Below are positions 25,200 through 41,832 of a stretch of DNA of 64,000 nt, one piece after another. Source of the stretch: the human T2T-CHM13v2.0 reference genome, Homo sapiens. The notes beneath the pieces are model-generated. The model was not told the origin of the DNA, searched no databases, and saw nothing but the letters and a program-made list of their open reading frames with translations. Position 1 is the stretch's first letter; each line of letters opens with the position of its first letter. Location: assembly GCF_009914755.1 (NCBI RefSeq), contig NC_060943.1. The stretch is one strand, 5' to 3'. Both the position numbers and the translations under genes were made by a program.

Positions 25200-27342
25200 G
25201 TGGGGAGTGCTACACACTTTTAAACAACCAGGTCTCATGAAAACTCACTCACTATCATGAAAACAGCAAAAGGGGAAATCCACCCCCATGATACAATCAC
25301 CTCCCACCAGGTCTGTCCCCCAACACTGGGAATTACAATTTGACATGAGATTTTGGCAGAAACACAGAGCTAACCCATATCATTCTATCCCTGTCCCACC
25401 CCTAAATCTCATATTCTTCTCATACTGCAAAATGCAATCATGCCTTCCCAACAGTCCCCCAAAGTCTTAACTCATTCCAGCATTAACTCAAAAGTGCAAG
25501 TCCAAAGACTCATCTGAGACAAGGCAAGTCCCTTTCACCTATGAGCCCATAAAATCAAAAGCAAGTGAGTTACTTCCAAGGTACAATGGAGGGTACAGGC
25601 ATTGGGTAAATTCCCCTATTCCAAAAGGGAGAACTTGGTCAAAACAAAGGGGCTACAGGTCCCATGCAAGTCTGAATACCAGCAGGGCAGTCATTAAATG
25701 TTTAAGCTCCAAAATAATCTTCTTTGACTCCATTTCTCACATCCAGGTCACACTGATGCAAGGGCTGGGCTCCCAAGGCCTTGGGCACTCCACTCCTGTG
25801 GCAATGCAGGGTACAGCCCCTGTGGCTGCTTTCACAGGCTGGTATTGAGTGCTTGTGGCTTATCCAGGCACATGGTGCAAGCTAACGGTGGACCTACCAT
25901 TCTGGACTCTGGAGGATGATGACCCTCTTCTCACAGCTCCACTAGGCAGTGCCTGAGTGGGGACTCTGTGTGGGGGTTCCAACCCCACATTTCCCCCATC
26001 CCCCTGCCTTAGCAGAGGTTCTCCACGAGGGCTCCACCCATGCAGCAGACTTCTGCCTGGACGTCCAGGTGTTCCCATACATCCTCTGAAATCTAGGCAG
26101 AGGCTCCCAAACTTCAACTCTCGCCTTCTGTGCACCCACAGGTCCAATACCACATGTAAGCTGCCAAGGCTTGGGACTTGCACCCTCTGAAGCAATAGAC
26201 CAAGCTGTACATTGGCCTCCTTTAGCCACAGTTAGAACTGATGCAGCTGGGATGCAGGATGCAAAGTCTTGAGGATGCACAGAGCACTGGGGCCCTGGAC
26301 CCTGGCCCACAAAACCATTTTTCTCTCCTAGGCCTCCAGGCTTGTGATGGGAGGGGCGGCTGAGAAGGTCTCTGAAATGCCCTGCAGGCATTTTGCTATC
26401 TTGCCTGTTAACTTTCAGCTCTTCTTTACTTATGTACATTTCTGCAGCCTTTGATTCCTGCCAGAAAATGGGCAGCAAATTTTCAAAACTTTCATGCTTT
26501 GCTTCCAGTTTAAATGTAAGTTATAGTTTTAGGTCATTTCTTTGATTATGCAATTGAGTGCAGACTTTAAGAAGCAGCCAGGCGACCTCTCCAACACTGC
26601 TGCTTAGAAATTTATTCTGCCAGATACTCTAAATAATCTTTCTCAAGCTCAAGTTGTGTCTGTCACAGATCTCTAGAGCAGGAGCACAATGCTGCCAGTC
26701 TTTTTGCTAAAGCACAGCGAGAGTGACCTTTATTCCAGTTACCAGTAAGTTCCTCATCTCTATCTGAGACCACCACAGCCCAGACTTCACTGTCCATATT
26801 ATTAGCATTTTGGTCACAACCATTTAAGTCTCTAGGAAGTTCCACACTTTCCCTCAACTTCCTGTCTTCTTCGGATCCCTTCAAACTGTTCCAACATCTG
26901 CACATTACCCAGTTCCAAAGTAGCTTCAGGAATCTTTATAGCAGTGCCCCACTCCTGTTACCAACTTTCTATACTAGTCCATTCTCACACTGCTGTGAGG
27001 AACTACCTAAGATTCGGTAATTTATGAAGAAAAGAGGTTTAATTGACTTACGATTCCACAGGCTGTACATGAAGCATGGCTGGGAGGCCTCAGGAAACTT
27101 ACAGTCATGGCAGAAGGTGAAGAAGTAAGCATGTCTTACCATGGCAGAGCAGGAAAGAGGGTGAATGAAGAAGGAAGTGCTACACACTTTTAAACAAGCA
27201 GGTCTCATGTGAACTATCATGAGAACAGCAAGGAGGAAATCTGCCCCCATGATCCATTCATCTCCCATCAGGTCCCTCCCCTAACAGGAGAATTACAATT
27301 TGACATGAGACTTGGGTGGGGACACAGAGCCAAACCATATCA
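25200..27342 (-). mobile_element. MSTA (ERVL-MaLR) provirus: LTR 26970-27342, internal 25383-26969, truncated LTR ~25200-25382
   Basis: Two same-orientation LTRs ending ...CCATATCA with MST/THE1-type internal sequence between them. Inserted in an older LTR (~24930-25195 and ~27650-27745, MER31-like, uncertain). Confidence 0.85.
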
Positions 27343-28741
27343 GATTCTGTTTTGAGACAGGGTCTTGCCCCATTATCCAGCCCACAGTGCAGTGGTGTGA
27401 TCACGGCTCACTGTAGCCTCAAACTCCCAGGCTTAAGAGATTCTTCTGCCTTCTTCCTGACTCTCCCTCCTGATAAGCTGGAACTAAAGGCACATGCCAT
27501 CACACCTGGCTAATTTTTACATTACTATTTGCAGAGATGGGGGTCTTGCTATGTTGCCCAGGCTGGTCTTAAACGCCTAGGCTCAAGCAATCCTCCTGCC
27601 TCAGCCTCCTGAAGTGGTGAAATTACAGGTGTGAGCTACTATGCACATCCAAACATCTTGCTCAAACTGGATCCTATAGGGAAAGGGAGAAGCCCAAGGT
27701 CAGAGGGCTCAGGGGATCCTGATTTAAGTTGGGTCAAGGAGAGTCTGCAGTGCACTTTTCTGTATGTGGGCTATACTCAAACGCAACTCTCTGGAGAAGA
27801 CAAGTCAGCCTGGTCCCCTTTCATCCATCACCACACCCTGGGACGCAGCACCATCCCATCCTGACTCCAGAGGGTTCAACAAGGGTCCCCGCTAGTCCTC
27901 CATGCCCCTGCACCTCTCACCATGAGATCACCATATCCCAATGTGTGTGGGGGAGCTTTACTTCTCTAAATGCTCTTTCAGGGCCACTCTTCCCTTCTTC
28001 ACTCCGTGCCTCCATTACCTATCTACTCATTCCTCTCTCAGGACTGGCTGCCCACCCTTCCCATGACACAGCTATCAGAGGCATACCAAGGTTGGCTGCC
28101 TCATGGGAGACAGCAAGTGCCATGGAGGCCACAGCTGATGCCAGACAAAAGAGAACACACACAGAGAAGGAGGCATGGCTGCTTGAAGCTCCCCACGAGC
28201 TGGCCTGAGGGTCCGGACCTCAGAATACCAGCACCATGGAGACACCAGGTCACACACACATGAACCTTGATCCAGCTAATACAATGGGCCTGGCTGACCC
28301 CAGTCCTGGACTGACTCATCACTAATCTTCACTATCGTCACACCTGTCCTTTCTCCCAGGAGAGGAAATTGTCTAGAGGCAAAATCCCAAGGGGATCCAC
28401 TCATGGGGCTTCAAGGCTGTGTCATCCACCTTGACTGGCTTTCACTCGGCCAGTACTGCACTGCCTCGGAAGGGCCACTCCAAAGTCATCCCAAATTTTC
28501 TGCAGGCTTCCTGTTCTCCATTCTCTGGGACTCACTCTCTCTTCTACACTGACAACCCCTTATAACCCAAGTCCCAAAGAAGGAAGTTATTCTCATGCCC
28601 TGGGCTTTGGGATGCTGATTCCAGAGACGCTACTGCCCAATGCCCCTCCATCCACACTTACAGCTTCCCTGTTGCCCTGATCCAGTCCCTACTACTAAAG
28701 GTCCAAAGAAACCCCAAATTAACCTCCTTTTGGCTTCACTT

Positions 28742-28752
28742 TTTAATTTATT
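28742..28752 (-). terminator. ZNF329: Probable ZNF329 polyadenylation signal
   Basis: AATAAA (28752-28747) overlapping ATTAAA, with a GU/U-rich tract downstream on the minus strand. A second AATAAA is at 28838-28833. Confidence 0.6.
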
Positions 28753-29041
28753 ACCAAATTATTATGCCAACAAGTATCTGTAACAGAGAAAAAAATATGA
28801 TACAAAATTCCAGTCCCCAAAGAAAACCACATTTTATTTCTCCATCATCCACTTTCAACATACATCCATATGTGCACATATTTTTACATGGCTGGAATAA
28901 TAGTAAATCTTCTATTTGATGCCCCTTTTTGCCATATTATAAACATTTTCAACATGGCAATAAAACCTTTATAATGGTTCACAGTGGCTGAATTAGAAGC
29001 ATCCTAAATGAACAACCATGGAGGTAGTGGTGGGGTGATAA

Positions 29042-29978
<937 letters not shown>

Positions 29979-30357
29979 GTTGATTCAGTGTTTGCTTACG
30001 TACAAGGTGGAAACTCCCTACTACAGGGCTCTTCATTCCAATCATGTTCTGAATGCATTCACAGGTTCTCTCTGTGGTGTCACCCCCATGTTTGCACATT
30101 TCATTCCAGTGTGTGTGTTGTCATGTCTGGTACAGACTGAATCATCCCCAAAGACTTTTCTGCCCTCATCCTAAGTTGTCTCTGGAGTTCCCCAATGAGC
30201 AGACTTAACAGTGTGGCTCAGCAATGTCTCACATTCATCAATTCACTGGATAGCTTAAAGGATTCTTTTCTACTGACCAGAGAGGAGTCAGATCTAAGAC
30301 ACGCCTCCTAAACACAGGAGTGAGAGTGAACTGGAAGACTCATGTGGCCCCCAACCA

Positions 30358-31983
30358 TTATGTTTCCATGGGTTGCTCTCCCAGGTGTGCTCTTTGATGT
30401 CGAACAAGGGATGAGCTCTTTTGGAACATTTTTCCACACTGAGGACACCGGCTGGGACCCTCCCTGCTATGGAGTCTCTGATGTACTGCCAGGTGAGAGT
30501 TCTGCTTGAAGGACTTCCCACATTCTGGACACTGATATGGGGTCTCCTTAGTGTGAATTCTCTGGTGCTTGGTCAGACAGGAGCTGTCCCTGAAGGCTTT
30601 GCCACACTGATTACACTCATAGGGCTTCTCACCAGTATGAGTCCTCTGGTGCCTAATGAGGCCAGCGATATTCCTGAAAAGTTTCTGACACTGGTTGCAG
30701 CCATAGGGCTTCTCGCCAGTATGAATCCTCTGATGCCTGATGAGGTACGCACTCTCGATGAAAGTCTTGCCACATTCTTTACATTCATAGGGTTTCTCCC
30801 CAGAATGGATCTTTTGATGCACAATGAGGTGAGAGTTTCTGTTGAAGGATTTCCCGCACTCTGCACACTCAAAGGGCTTTTCTCCAGTGTGAGTCCTCTC
30901 ATGCTGGGTGAGGTACGAGCCGTCCCGGAAAGCCTTTCCACATTTGCTACACTCATAGGGCTTCTCACCGGTGTGGATTCTGAGATGCACTGTAAGGTGG
31001 GAGATGTCAGTGAAGGGTTTCCCACATTCGTTACATCTATATGGTTTTTCCCCTGTATGAGTTCTTTGGTGCAAAATTAAGGATGAATTTCGGTTGAAGG
31101 TTTTTCCACACTCTAGGCATTCATAAGGTTTCTCGCCTGTGTGAATTCTCTGGTGCTGTGTCAGAGCTGAGCCATCACTGAAAGCTTTCCCACATTTACT
31201 GCATTCATAGGGCTTCTCTCCTGTGTGGATTCTTTGATGCACAATCAGGTTGTAGTTCTTGGAGAAGGACTTTCCACACTCATTACAAGTATAAGGCTTC
31301 TCTCCGGTGTGAGTTCGGTGATGCAAAACAAGAGAAGAGTTCCGTTTGAAGCATTTGCCACATTCAGTACATCTATATTGTTTCTCTCCAGGGAGATTTC
31401 TCTGGTTTTCATTAAGCGATGAGCTCAGAGTAAAGATGTTCTCAAAATTCTTACCTTCATACGATTTCTTGCCTCTTTTCATTATTTTCTGATGACCAAG
31501 AGAGGTAAAATGATTAAAAGACTTAACACTTTCAGGGTATTTGTAGGGCTTCTCTCTCACTGGATTTCTTCCATGAATAACTTCCATGGAATGGTTGAAG
31601 CCTTTTCCACAGGCATCACTGTCACCAGTTCTCTTATCTGCATAACTTTTAGGATAGCTGGGTAAGGCGGGGTCACAATCCAGACCACTAACATTTGAGT
31701 CAGGTGCATGGAAACCATTTGTTGCCAGAACTCTCTGAGACGGTGGAAGGTCTGAGCTTGCAATCAAATGCTCCCCAAAACCAGGATATTCACAAATTGC
31801 TTCCTGAGTCCCTGGTTTCTCCAGAGTTAAAGCTGATTGCCTCAAGTGTCCCTCCTGGTTCTCACAGTCCCAACCATCACCTAAACTGGACAAGCAGGGA
31901 ACTTCCCTTGTGAATCTTTCCACTTCTACATCACAGGGTACTTCTCTCTCAGGAAAATTCCGAGTCGTCATTTTCAATCTCAT
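30358..31983 (-). CDS. ZNF329: Zinc finger protein 329: 541 aa, 12 C2H2 fingers, single coding exon, no KRAB or SCAN
   Basis: Intact ORF with TGEKPY-linked fingers. Acceptor TTTTTCTTCTTTTTGCAG| at 31991, 8 nt before the ATG. N-terminus [14 protein letters not shown] recognised. Confidence 0.95.
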   Translation of the reverse strand: MRLKMTTRNFPEREVPCDVEVERFTREVPCLSSLGDGWDCENQEGHLRQSALTLEKPGTQEAICEYPGFGEHLIASSDLPPSQRVLATNGFHAPDSNVSGLDCDPALPSYPKSYADKRTGDSDACGKGFNHSMEVIHGRNPVREKPYKYPESVKSFNHFTSLGHQKIMKRGKKSYEGKNFENIFTLSSSLNENQRNLPGEKQYRCTECGKCFKRNSSLVLHHRTHTGEKPYTCNECGKSFSKNYNLIVHQRIHTGEKPYECSKCGKAFSDGSALTQHQRIHTGEKPYECLECGKTFNRNSSLILHQRTHTGEKPYRCNECGKPFTDISHLTVHLRIHTGEKPYECSKCGKAFRDGSYLTQHERTHTGEKPFECAECGKSFNRNSHLIVHQKIHSGEKPYECKECGKTFIESAYLIRHQRIHTGEKPYGCNQCQKLFRNIAGLIRHQRTHTGEKPYECNQCGKAFRDSSCLTKHQRIHTKETPYQCPECGKSFKQNSHLAVHQRLHSREGPSRCPQCGKMFQKSSSLVRHQRAHLGEQPMET

Positions 31984-32510
31984 ATCCCAAACTGCAAAAA
32001 GAAGAAAAATGCAGACTTAGGTATATGAAGCTTTATCTGTAAGAGAAACAGACAATGATGATGGGCTAGGTGTAAATATGTGTATTTTTTTACTTGTTTT
32101 CTCTTTTAAATTCAAATTTATACAAGGAAGAGGTAAAATCGTAGCCAAGGAATGGAACCAAGAACAGATTCAAAAAGAGCCATGTAGCATTTTCATCTTC
32201 CTAGAGAGCAGGCAGGAGGAATGGACCTCGGGATAAATCATCACCAAAAGGATTAGTTTGAGATGTGAGAGACCAGAGGCCAAGCATCCCTGCTCCCCCT
32301 AGAATTCCATCCCAGCCACTGCATTCTTGTCCCTGTCACACACTGCCCATCAGTACACATTTCCAAAGCTCTGACTTCACAATGAGCTTACAACAGCACT
32401 GAAGGAACAGTTCTCACCCCAGCTCTGTCATCAAAGTTCTGCATTCATGGATAGGACAAAGCACAGGCTTGGTGACCTAAAAGTTCTGGGTCTAAGTCTT
32501 AGAACTGTCA

Positions 32511-32720
<210 letters not shown>

Positions 32721-32933
32721 TCAACCTGGTAGGCAGAGGTTGCAGTGAGCTGAGATCACACCACTGCACTCCAGCCTACGCGGCAGAGTGAGACTCCATC
32801 TCAAAAAACAAAATAAAACAAAAACTGTCAAAGACTGCCCTGCATGGTTGTTATAAAAACTGGATCATGTCGGCCAGGCGCGGTGGTCATGCCTGTAATC
32901 CCAGCACTTTGGGAGGCCGAGGTGGGCAGATCA

Positions 32934-33282
<349 letters not shown>

Positions 33283-34010
33283 TCAGACTTCACAATATTA
33301 AGACAACTGGTTGTCCATTCATTCGTTCATTCATTTGGTGGGATTGGGTCTCGCTCTGTCATTCAGGCTGAAGTGCAGTGGTGTGATCTTGGTTCACTGA
33401 AGCCTCAATCTCAAAAACTTCAAGCAATTATCCCACCTCAGCCTCCCAAAATGCTGCAAATACAGGGATGAGCCATTGTGCCCAGCCTTCTTTCTATTTT
33501 TTAAGGTAAAATGAAAATAGACCCTTGCCTCAGAATACATACATACATATATGTCTACATTCTAGGCAATTTAAATATATATACATGTATATGTGTATAT
33601 GTGTGTGTGTGTGTGTGTGTGCGCATGTATTTACATTTCAGAAGGATACAGGCTGCAACATAAAGTCAAAGTTTAAATAATGTAGTATGCCTTCATAAGT
33701 GTGGCAGACTTTGATCAACAAAACTTAACCAAAAAACCATATGGCCAAGCATTGGGGGTCATGCCTGTAATCCCAGCACTCTGGGAGGCTGAAGTGGGAG
33801 TTATCACTTGAGCCCACACAGAAGGCTGAGGCTGCAGTGAGCTGTAATTGTGCCACTGCATTCCAGATTGGGCAAAAGAGACCATGTCTTAAAAACAAAA
33901 AACAAAAACCAAAAAATAAAAAACAGACAAGGATTAAGAAGTCTGATATCAGCATTCAAATTTTCCATCCAATAAAAGACACAATAAGAGACAAAATGCA
34001 AGTGGCAGAT

Positions 34011-34138
34011 AGGGAGAAAATAGGACTTAAAAGCACAAAGAATTATTGCCCAAGAGCTATAGAGGATTCTTACAGAGAGAAAATAAGATTTAAAAGCACA
34101 AAGAATTACTGCCCAAGAACTACAGAGGATTCTTACAG
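34011..34138. repeat. 63-bp tandem duplication within L1
   Basis: AAAAGCACAAAGAATTA.TGCCCAAGA occurs twice, 63 bp apart. Confidence 0.85.
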
Positions 34139-34240
34139 AACAGCACATAAAAAGAAAAAAAATGGGCAAAGTAATCAAAGAGCACTTCGTGAAGGGAAAA
34201 TAGAAATGTCCTGAAAACATTGGCTGGGAGCAGTGGGTCA

Positions 34241-34567
<327 letters not shown>

Positions 34568-34675
34568 CTATCATTCAGGCAATTCCAAACTGCGACTTTT
34601 AAGAACACAAAATATACACATTTCACGTGAGTAAAAATAAAATGAAGTACAATAATATAAAGCTTTGGTAGGTCA

Positions 34676-35270
<595 letters not shown>

Positions 35271-35278
35271 CTACGTAG

Positions 35279-35492
<214 letters not shown>

Positions 35493-35941
35493 TAGCCAGG
35501 ATGGTCTCGAGCTCCTGACCTCGTGATCCGCCCGCCTCAGCCTCCCAGAGTGCTGGGATTACAGGCGTGAGCCACCGCGCCTGGCCAATAGATGGTCTTA
35601 AAGGCCAGCAGAGAGAAGAGAAACCACCAGTGAATGACGAAAATTATTACAATAGATCACTTAATAGAAAAACTGGAAACCCAAAGGTAACGGAAGGCTA
35701 CTTTCAAAGCACTGAAGGAAAAAATCTATCAGTCACACTATTGTTCAAGAGCAAAGGTGAGATAAAGACTGTTTCAGAGGCTGGATGTGGTGGCTCATAC
35801 CTGTACTCTCAACACTTTGGTAGGCCAAGGTGGATGGGTCACTTGAGCCCAAGAGTCTGAGACCAGTCTGGGCAACATGGTGAAACCCCGTCCCTACAAA
35901 AGATACAAAAATTAGCAGGGTGTGGTGGCATGCACCTGTTA

Positions 35942-36046
<105 letters not shown>

Positions 36047-36555
36047 TCAAAAAAAAAAAAAATTCAGAAAAGCAAAAGCAGAGTTCATTTCCAAGGATAC
36101 TAGCCAGAGGAATTAGAAAATGTTGTTCTTCAAAAAAACCCCAAGAACGAAGGAAGGAAAAACAAAGGAATTGATGAATATGATGAATGTGGGCTAGGTG
36201 TGGTGACTCACACCTGTAATCCCAGCACTTTGGGAGGTCGAGGTGGGGGGATCACTTGAGCCCAGGCATTTATGACTAGTCTGGGCAACACAGTGAGATG
36301 TCATCTCTTAAAAAAAAAAAAACTGATGAATGTATATTTAAATCAAATCCAATGCTGACCACATGAAATGCAGAAATCACGACTTGGAATTAATGGGATA
36401 GACTAATATACTAGACAACAGTGGCCAATGAGGTGGGAATGGGGCAACAGAATCAAGTGTTCTGAAGTCCTCAAGTTTCTCATGATTCATGTTAGACCTG
36501 CTCAAGTCAGAATTAAAAGAATAAATGTAGTATAAAACATCTAAGCCCACAGAGC

Positions 36556-36760
36556 AGTAGTTTTTAACCAGGGATGTTTCTACTTCCAGAAGATACTTGG
36601 CAATATCTGGAGATGATTTTGGTTGTCAGTCTGACTAGGGGGCAGATGTTCCTAGGAGCCACGGATGCTGCTAAATATCCTATAATGCACAGGATGGACT
36701 TCCACAACACAAAATGATCCAGCCCCAAATGTCCATAGTACTGAAGTTGAAAAACATTGT
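36556..36760 (+). mobile_element. MER20
   Basis: GGATGCTGCTAAATATCCTATAATGCACAGGA and CCCCAAATGTCCATAGT. Confidence 0.75.
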
Positions 36761-37752
36761 AGAGGGAGGTCAGAATTAAAAACAAAAACAAACAGACAAA
36801 AAACCCGATCAATCCAGAAAGCTGGTAAGGGGTAAAAAACAGCACAAAAAGGACAGACTAAATACAAAGTGTAAAGTAAGGTATCAACAATTACAATAAA
36901 TATAAATGGCCTTGATGGGTCAGATAAAGACTGCATTAGACTGTATTAAAAAACATGTTTGTAACAGGTATTCCTAAAGCAAAAGGACATAAAAGCCAAA
37001 AGTGAAAGGATGGGACAGGTGAATGCCAAACAAAGAAGGGTTTTGTGGCTCTTTACAAACCAAAGAAAAATTTCAAGTGAGGATCACAGGGCAATGTAAC
37101 AGTAACAACATGCCTCAAAACACAGAGCAGGCCGGGCGCGGTGGCTCATGCCTGTAATCCCAGCACTTTGGTAGGCTGAGGCAGGCGGATCACTTGAGGT
37201 CAGGAGTTCAAGACCAGCCTGGCCAACATGGTAAAACCATGTCTCTACAAAAACACAAAAATTAGCGAGGCATGGTGGCACATGCCTGTAATCCCAGCTA
37301 CTCCAGGAGGCTGAAGCAGAAGAATTGCTTGAATCTGGGAGACAGAGGTTGCAGTGAGCCAAGATTGACCCACTGAACTCCAGCCTGGGCAACAGAGCAA
37401 AACTCCATCTCAAAAAACAAACAAACAAACAATCAACAACAAAAAAACACAGAGCAAAGCCAGCTAGGTTTGTAGGAAGAAAACAGCAAATCTAAGGATA
37501 GTGGGAAATTTTATTTATCTGTTTTTTGAGGTTTTTTTTTCTGATCAAGTAGCTCAGATTATATTTAAATTTTAAAAAATGTTTTAATGTAATTGTTTAA
37601 TTTTTATAATGGGGGTCTCAGTATGTTGCCCAGGCTGGCCTCAAACTCCAGAGCACAAGCGATCCTCCTGCCTCAGCTTCATGAGTAGCTGGGACTATAG
37701 GCACATGCCACTGCAACCAGCCATAGTGGGAGGTTTTATTTTATCTATTTAA

Positions 37753-38016
<264 letters not shown>

Positions 38017-38489
38017 TAGGCATGAGCCACTGCACCCGGCAGGTGGGAGGTTTTAATGAACCTCTTTTAGAAATGAAAACGCAGAAGAATGGAAAAGAGT
38101 TATGCAGGACAGAATGTAGTTACCCAATCTGATCACACAGCTGGATGAAAATCTACGTACAAATTAAAATAAAATGCTTTCTTTCTAAGCACAAGTGGAA
38201 TATTTGCTAACACTGACTAGGTCAAAGAAAAAGTTCAACAAAGCCCAGACTACAGCCTCTTGACTTCGAGGCAGCAAGTTAAAAGCCAGTAACAGAAAGA
38301 AAACCAAATATAATAAAACAGCGAGTAAAGCAAACTCCTATTTATTTGGAAAAATAAAAACTTGTTTCTCAGTAATTGACAGATCAAAGAGAAAACCTGA
38401 TAGAAATTACAAAACACCTAGAACAGGCCACGCACGGTGGCTCATGCCTTGTAATCCCAGCACTTTCGGGGGCAGAGGCAGGTGGATCA

Positions 38490-38807
<318 letters not shown>

Positions 38808-39192
38808 CTAATAGTTCCTAGATTGAAAATGCTGGTCTTTAATGCCTATATTTTAAAAAGAAGGCTAGGTCAGGCATGGTGGCTCACACCTGTAATCCCA
38901 GAACTTTTAGAGGCTGAGGCAGGGATATCACTTGAAGCCAGGAGTTTGAAACCAGCCTGATTATCATAGTAAGACTGTGTCTCTATGAAAGAAAAAAAAA
39001 GTTAGCTGGGTGTGGTGGTGTAACTCGCCTTTAGTCCCAGGTAGTTGGGAAGCTGAGGCAGGAATATCCCTTGAGCCCAGAAGTTCAGGAGTTCAAGGCT
39101 GCAGTGAGTCATGATCGCATCACTGCACTCCAGCCTGGGTGACAGAGTAAGACTGTCTCCAAAAAAAAAAAAAAAAAATAAAAAAAGGGACT

Positions 39193-39635
39193 AAAGATGA
39201 AGTTACTGTGGGTCCTGAAGCTACAGATGGCAGCAAGTCAACAGCCATGGTGGTCTCCAAGGCTGCCCACAGATTTTCTTTAGGCCATCGCTGATGGGTT
39301 CTATGTATCATTGAAATGAATGGCAATAACACATTCTGGGATGTGGGTAACGCATGGTGCCCTCAGAATGGTCTTGTTGGCTTCACTGTATGACTGATGA
39401 TCCTCCAACAATAAACAACCTACTGCTTGTAAACTCATTGGACAAGCCATAAACTCAAAGTGATATGTATCTTATTCCACCACTAGAAAGAAGATTCAGG
39501 AGTAAGTCCCACCTTCAACACCTTGTAAGTACAGATAAAAAAAAAAAAAAAACAGTTTAAACATGTAAAAAATGGGACTTTTTATGTAGTTGTACTTTTA
39601 GGGCTCACCATTAACTTGATTATAATTGACTAAAA
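39193..39635 (+). pseudogene. NDUFA12 processed pseudogene (decayed)
   Basis: ATG at 39197. Peptides ..HGGLQG.., EMNGNNTFWDV, WLHCMTDDPPT, YSTTRKKIQE*VPPSTPCK match recalled NDUFA12 (EMNGKNTFWDV, WLHSMTDDPPT, YSTTRKKIQEWIPPSTPYK). Intronless, with stops and frameshifts. Confidence 0.9.
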
Positions 39636-39742
39636 GAAGAGAAGACCGAAGACTAGTGATCTCACTGTTCAATTTACAACTTATGGGAAAGAACTATGGA
39701 CTAAACCAATGGGAGGTAGAAGGAAAGTGTTAATAAAAATCA

Positions 39743-40027
<285 letters not shown>

Positions 40028-40112
40028 TCAGGGGAAAAAAAAATCGCAGCAGAAATTATGGAAATTAAAAACAAGAAACCAGTTGAGAAAATGAAGAAAA
40101 CCAAGTCTGTCA

Positions 40113-40385
<273 letters not shown>

Positions 40386-41832
40386 TCAGAGGTTGCAGTG
40401 AACGGAGAGAGTGCCACTTCACTCCAGCCTAGCTGACAGAGCAAGACCCTGTCTCAATAAATAAATAAAATTTTTTAAAAAGCAAAAATGAACACATAAG
40501 TGATATTAATTGTCAGACAGGGGTTTAACTAACAGTGTAAGGTTAACAAAATGGCAAAGTTGGATTTATCCTAGGAATGTAAGGACTAGGAAACATTGGA
40601 ACATCTATTAACACAATTCCCCATATTATCAGATTAAAGTAGAAGACAGCGCCCTTACACCTTATCCCAATACATTCAGAAAGTAATATGAAAAAAATCT
40701 CACCAAGACTCATGATCAAAATACTCTCAGATTCAAGTAATAGATCCTTTATCTCAAAAATTCAAAAAGTACTTTAAGGAAACCTCAGACTCCTAAGGAA
40801 AATTCTTAATAATTAGGGTCATAGGAAATTAATGTGAACATCACACCTTAAACATCAGAAAAAAGGAAACATCAGAATCATTTACTTTCAAGTCCAGGCC
40901 AAGGCCTTAGACACTTGCTATGTACACAGCATTCAGCAGTGATGTGGAGGGGCCAGCCAGTCAGGAGGACCATGCTCCCAGCTGTCACCCCTGGATGCTA
41001 CAAGGACCCCTCCCGTGGAAAGGGCTCCTGAAGCTGCCCTGCCGCATGACATGTTTCCTGTTCTGAATCTTCTGGATAGACTGGGGCCTGGCATGGTCTG
41101 TGGTCATGCTGTGAAAACAAGGGACTTGAAAGCACCTCCCCGCACGTTTGTGAAGGGAAGATGCACATGTACAGTTAAAAGAAATAAAATAGGCTGGGTG
41201 CGGTGGCTCACACCTGTAATCCCAGCACTTTGGGAGGCTGAGGCAGGCTGATCACATGAGGCCAGGAGTTTGAGAACAGCCTGGCAGACACGGCCAAACC
41301 CCATCTCCAGTAAATATACAAAAATTAGCTAGGCATGGTGGTGCACATCTGTAATCCCAGCTACTCGGGAGGCTGAGGCACAAGAATCGCTTAAACCTAG
41401 GAGGCGGAGGAGACAGAGCAAGACTGTCTCAAAATTTAAAAAAAAGAAAAAAGAAAAAAAGAAAATAAAAGATGAGATAAATCAGACATATACAGGGTGA
41501 TATCATTTATGGAATTTCTTCAGACACACAAAATATTCTCTTAGAAATAAAAATATAACGATGCCTTGGCAAGACACCAACCAAGGCTGTGATTACGTCT
41601 CTCTTGGGGGTAGGGAGGCTAACTCGCCTTGAGGAACAAAAGGAATGTCCATTTCATCCATAACAGATACTTCCTTTGTTGAAATAAAACTTAAACACCA
41701 CCAAGAAAGTGAAAACACAACCCACCAAATGGGAGAAAATATTTATATTATGTGTATCTAGAATATCGAAAACTCTTACATTTCAATAATAAAAAGACAA
41801 AAACCCAATTTTTAGAAATGGGCGAAGGATCT

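Noticed and set aside
25860-26905. ORFs up to 178 aa in the MSTA internal region
   Set aside because: Fragmented remnants of the MaLR internal ORF.
30421-31080. 219-aa plus-strand ORF (also 10236..10505 and 10903..11340)
   Set aside because: Antisense shadow of zinc-finger codons, commonly seen opposite C2H2 arrays.
32341-32480. Possible KRAB exon ending CTGGG|GTGAGA upstream of the ZNF329 coding exon
   Set aside because: No recognisable KRAB residues in any frame I read.
39537-39552. A-run as the retrocopy poly(A) tail
   Set aside because: NDUFA12 3'UTR-like sequence continues beyond it, so it is an internal A expansion.
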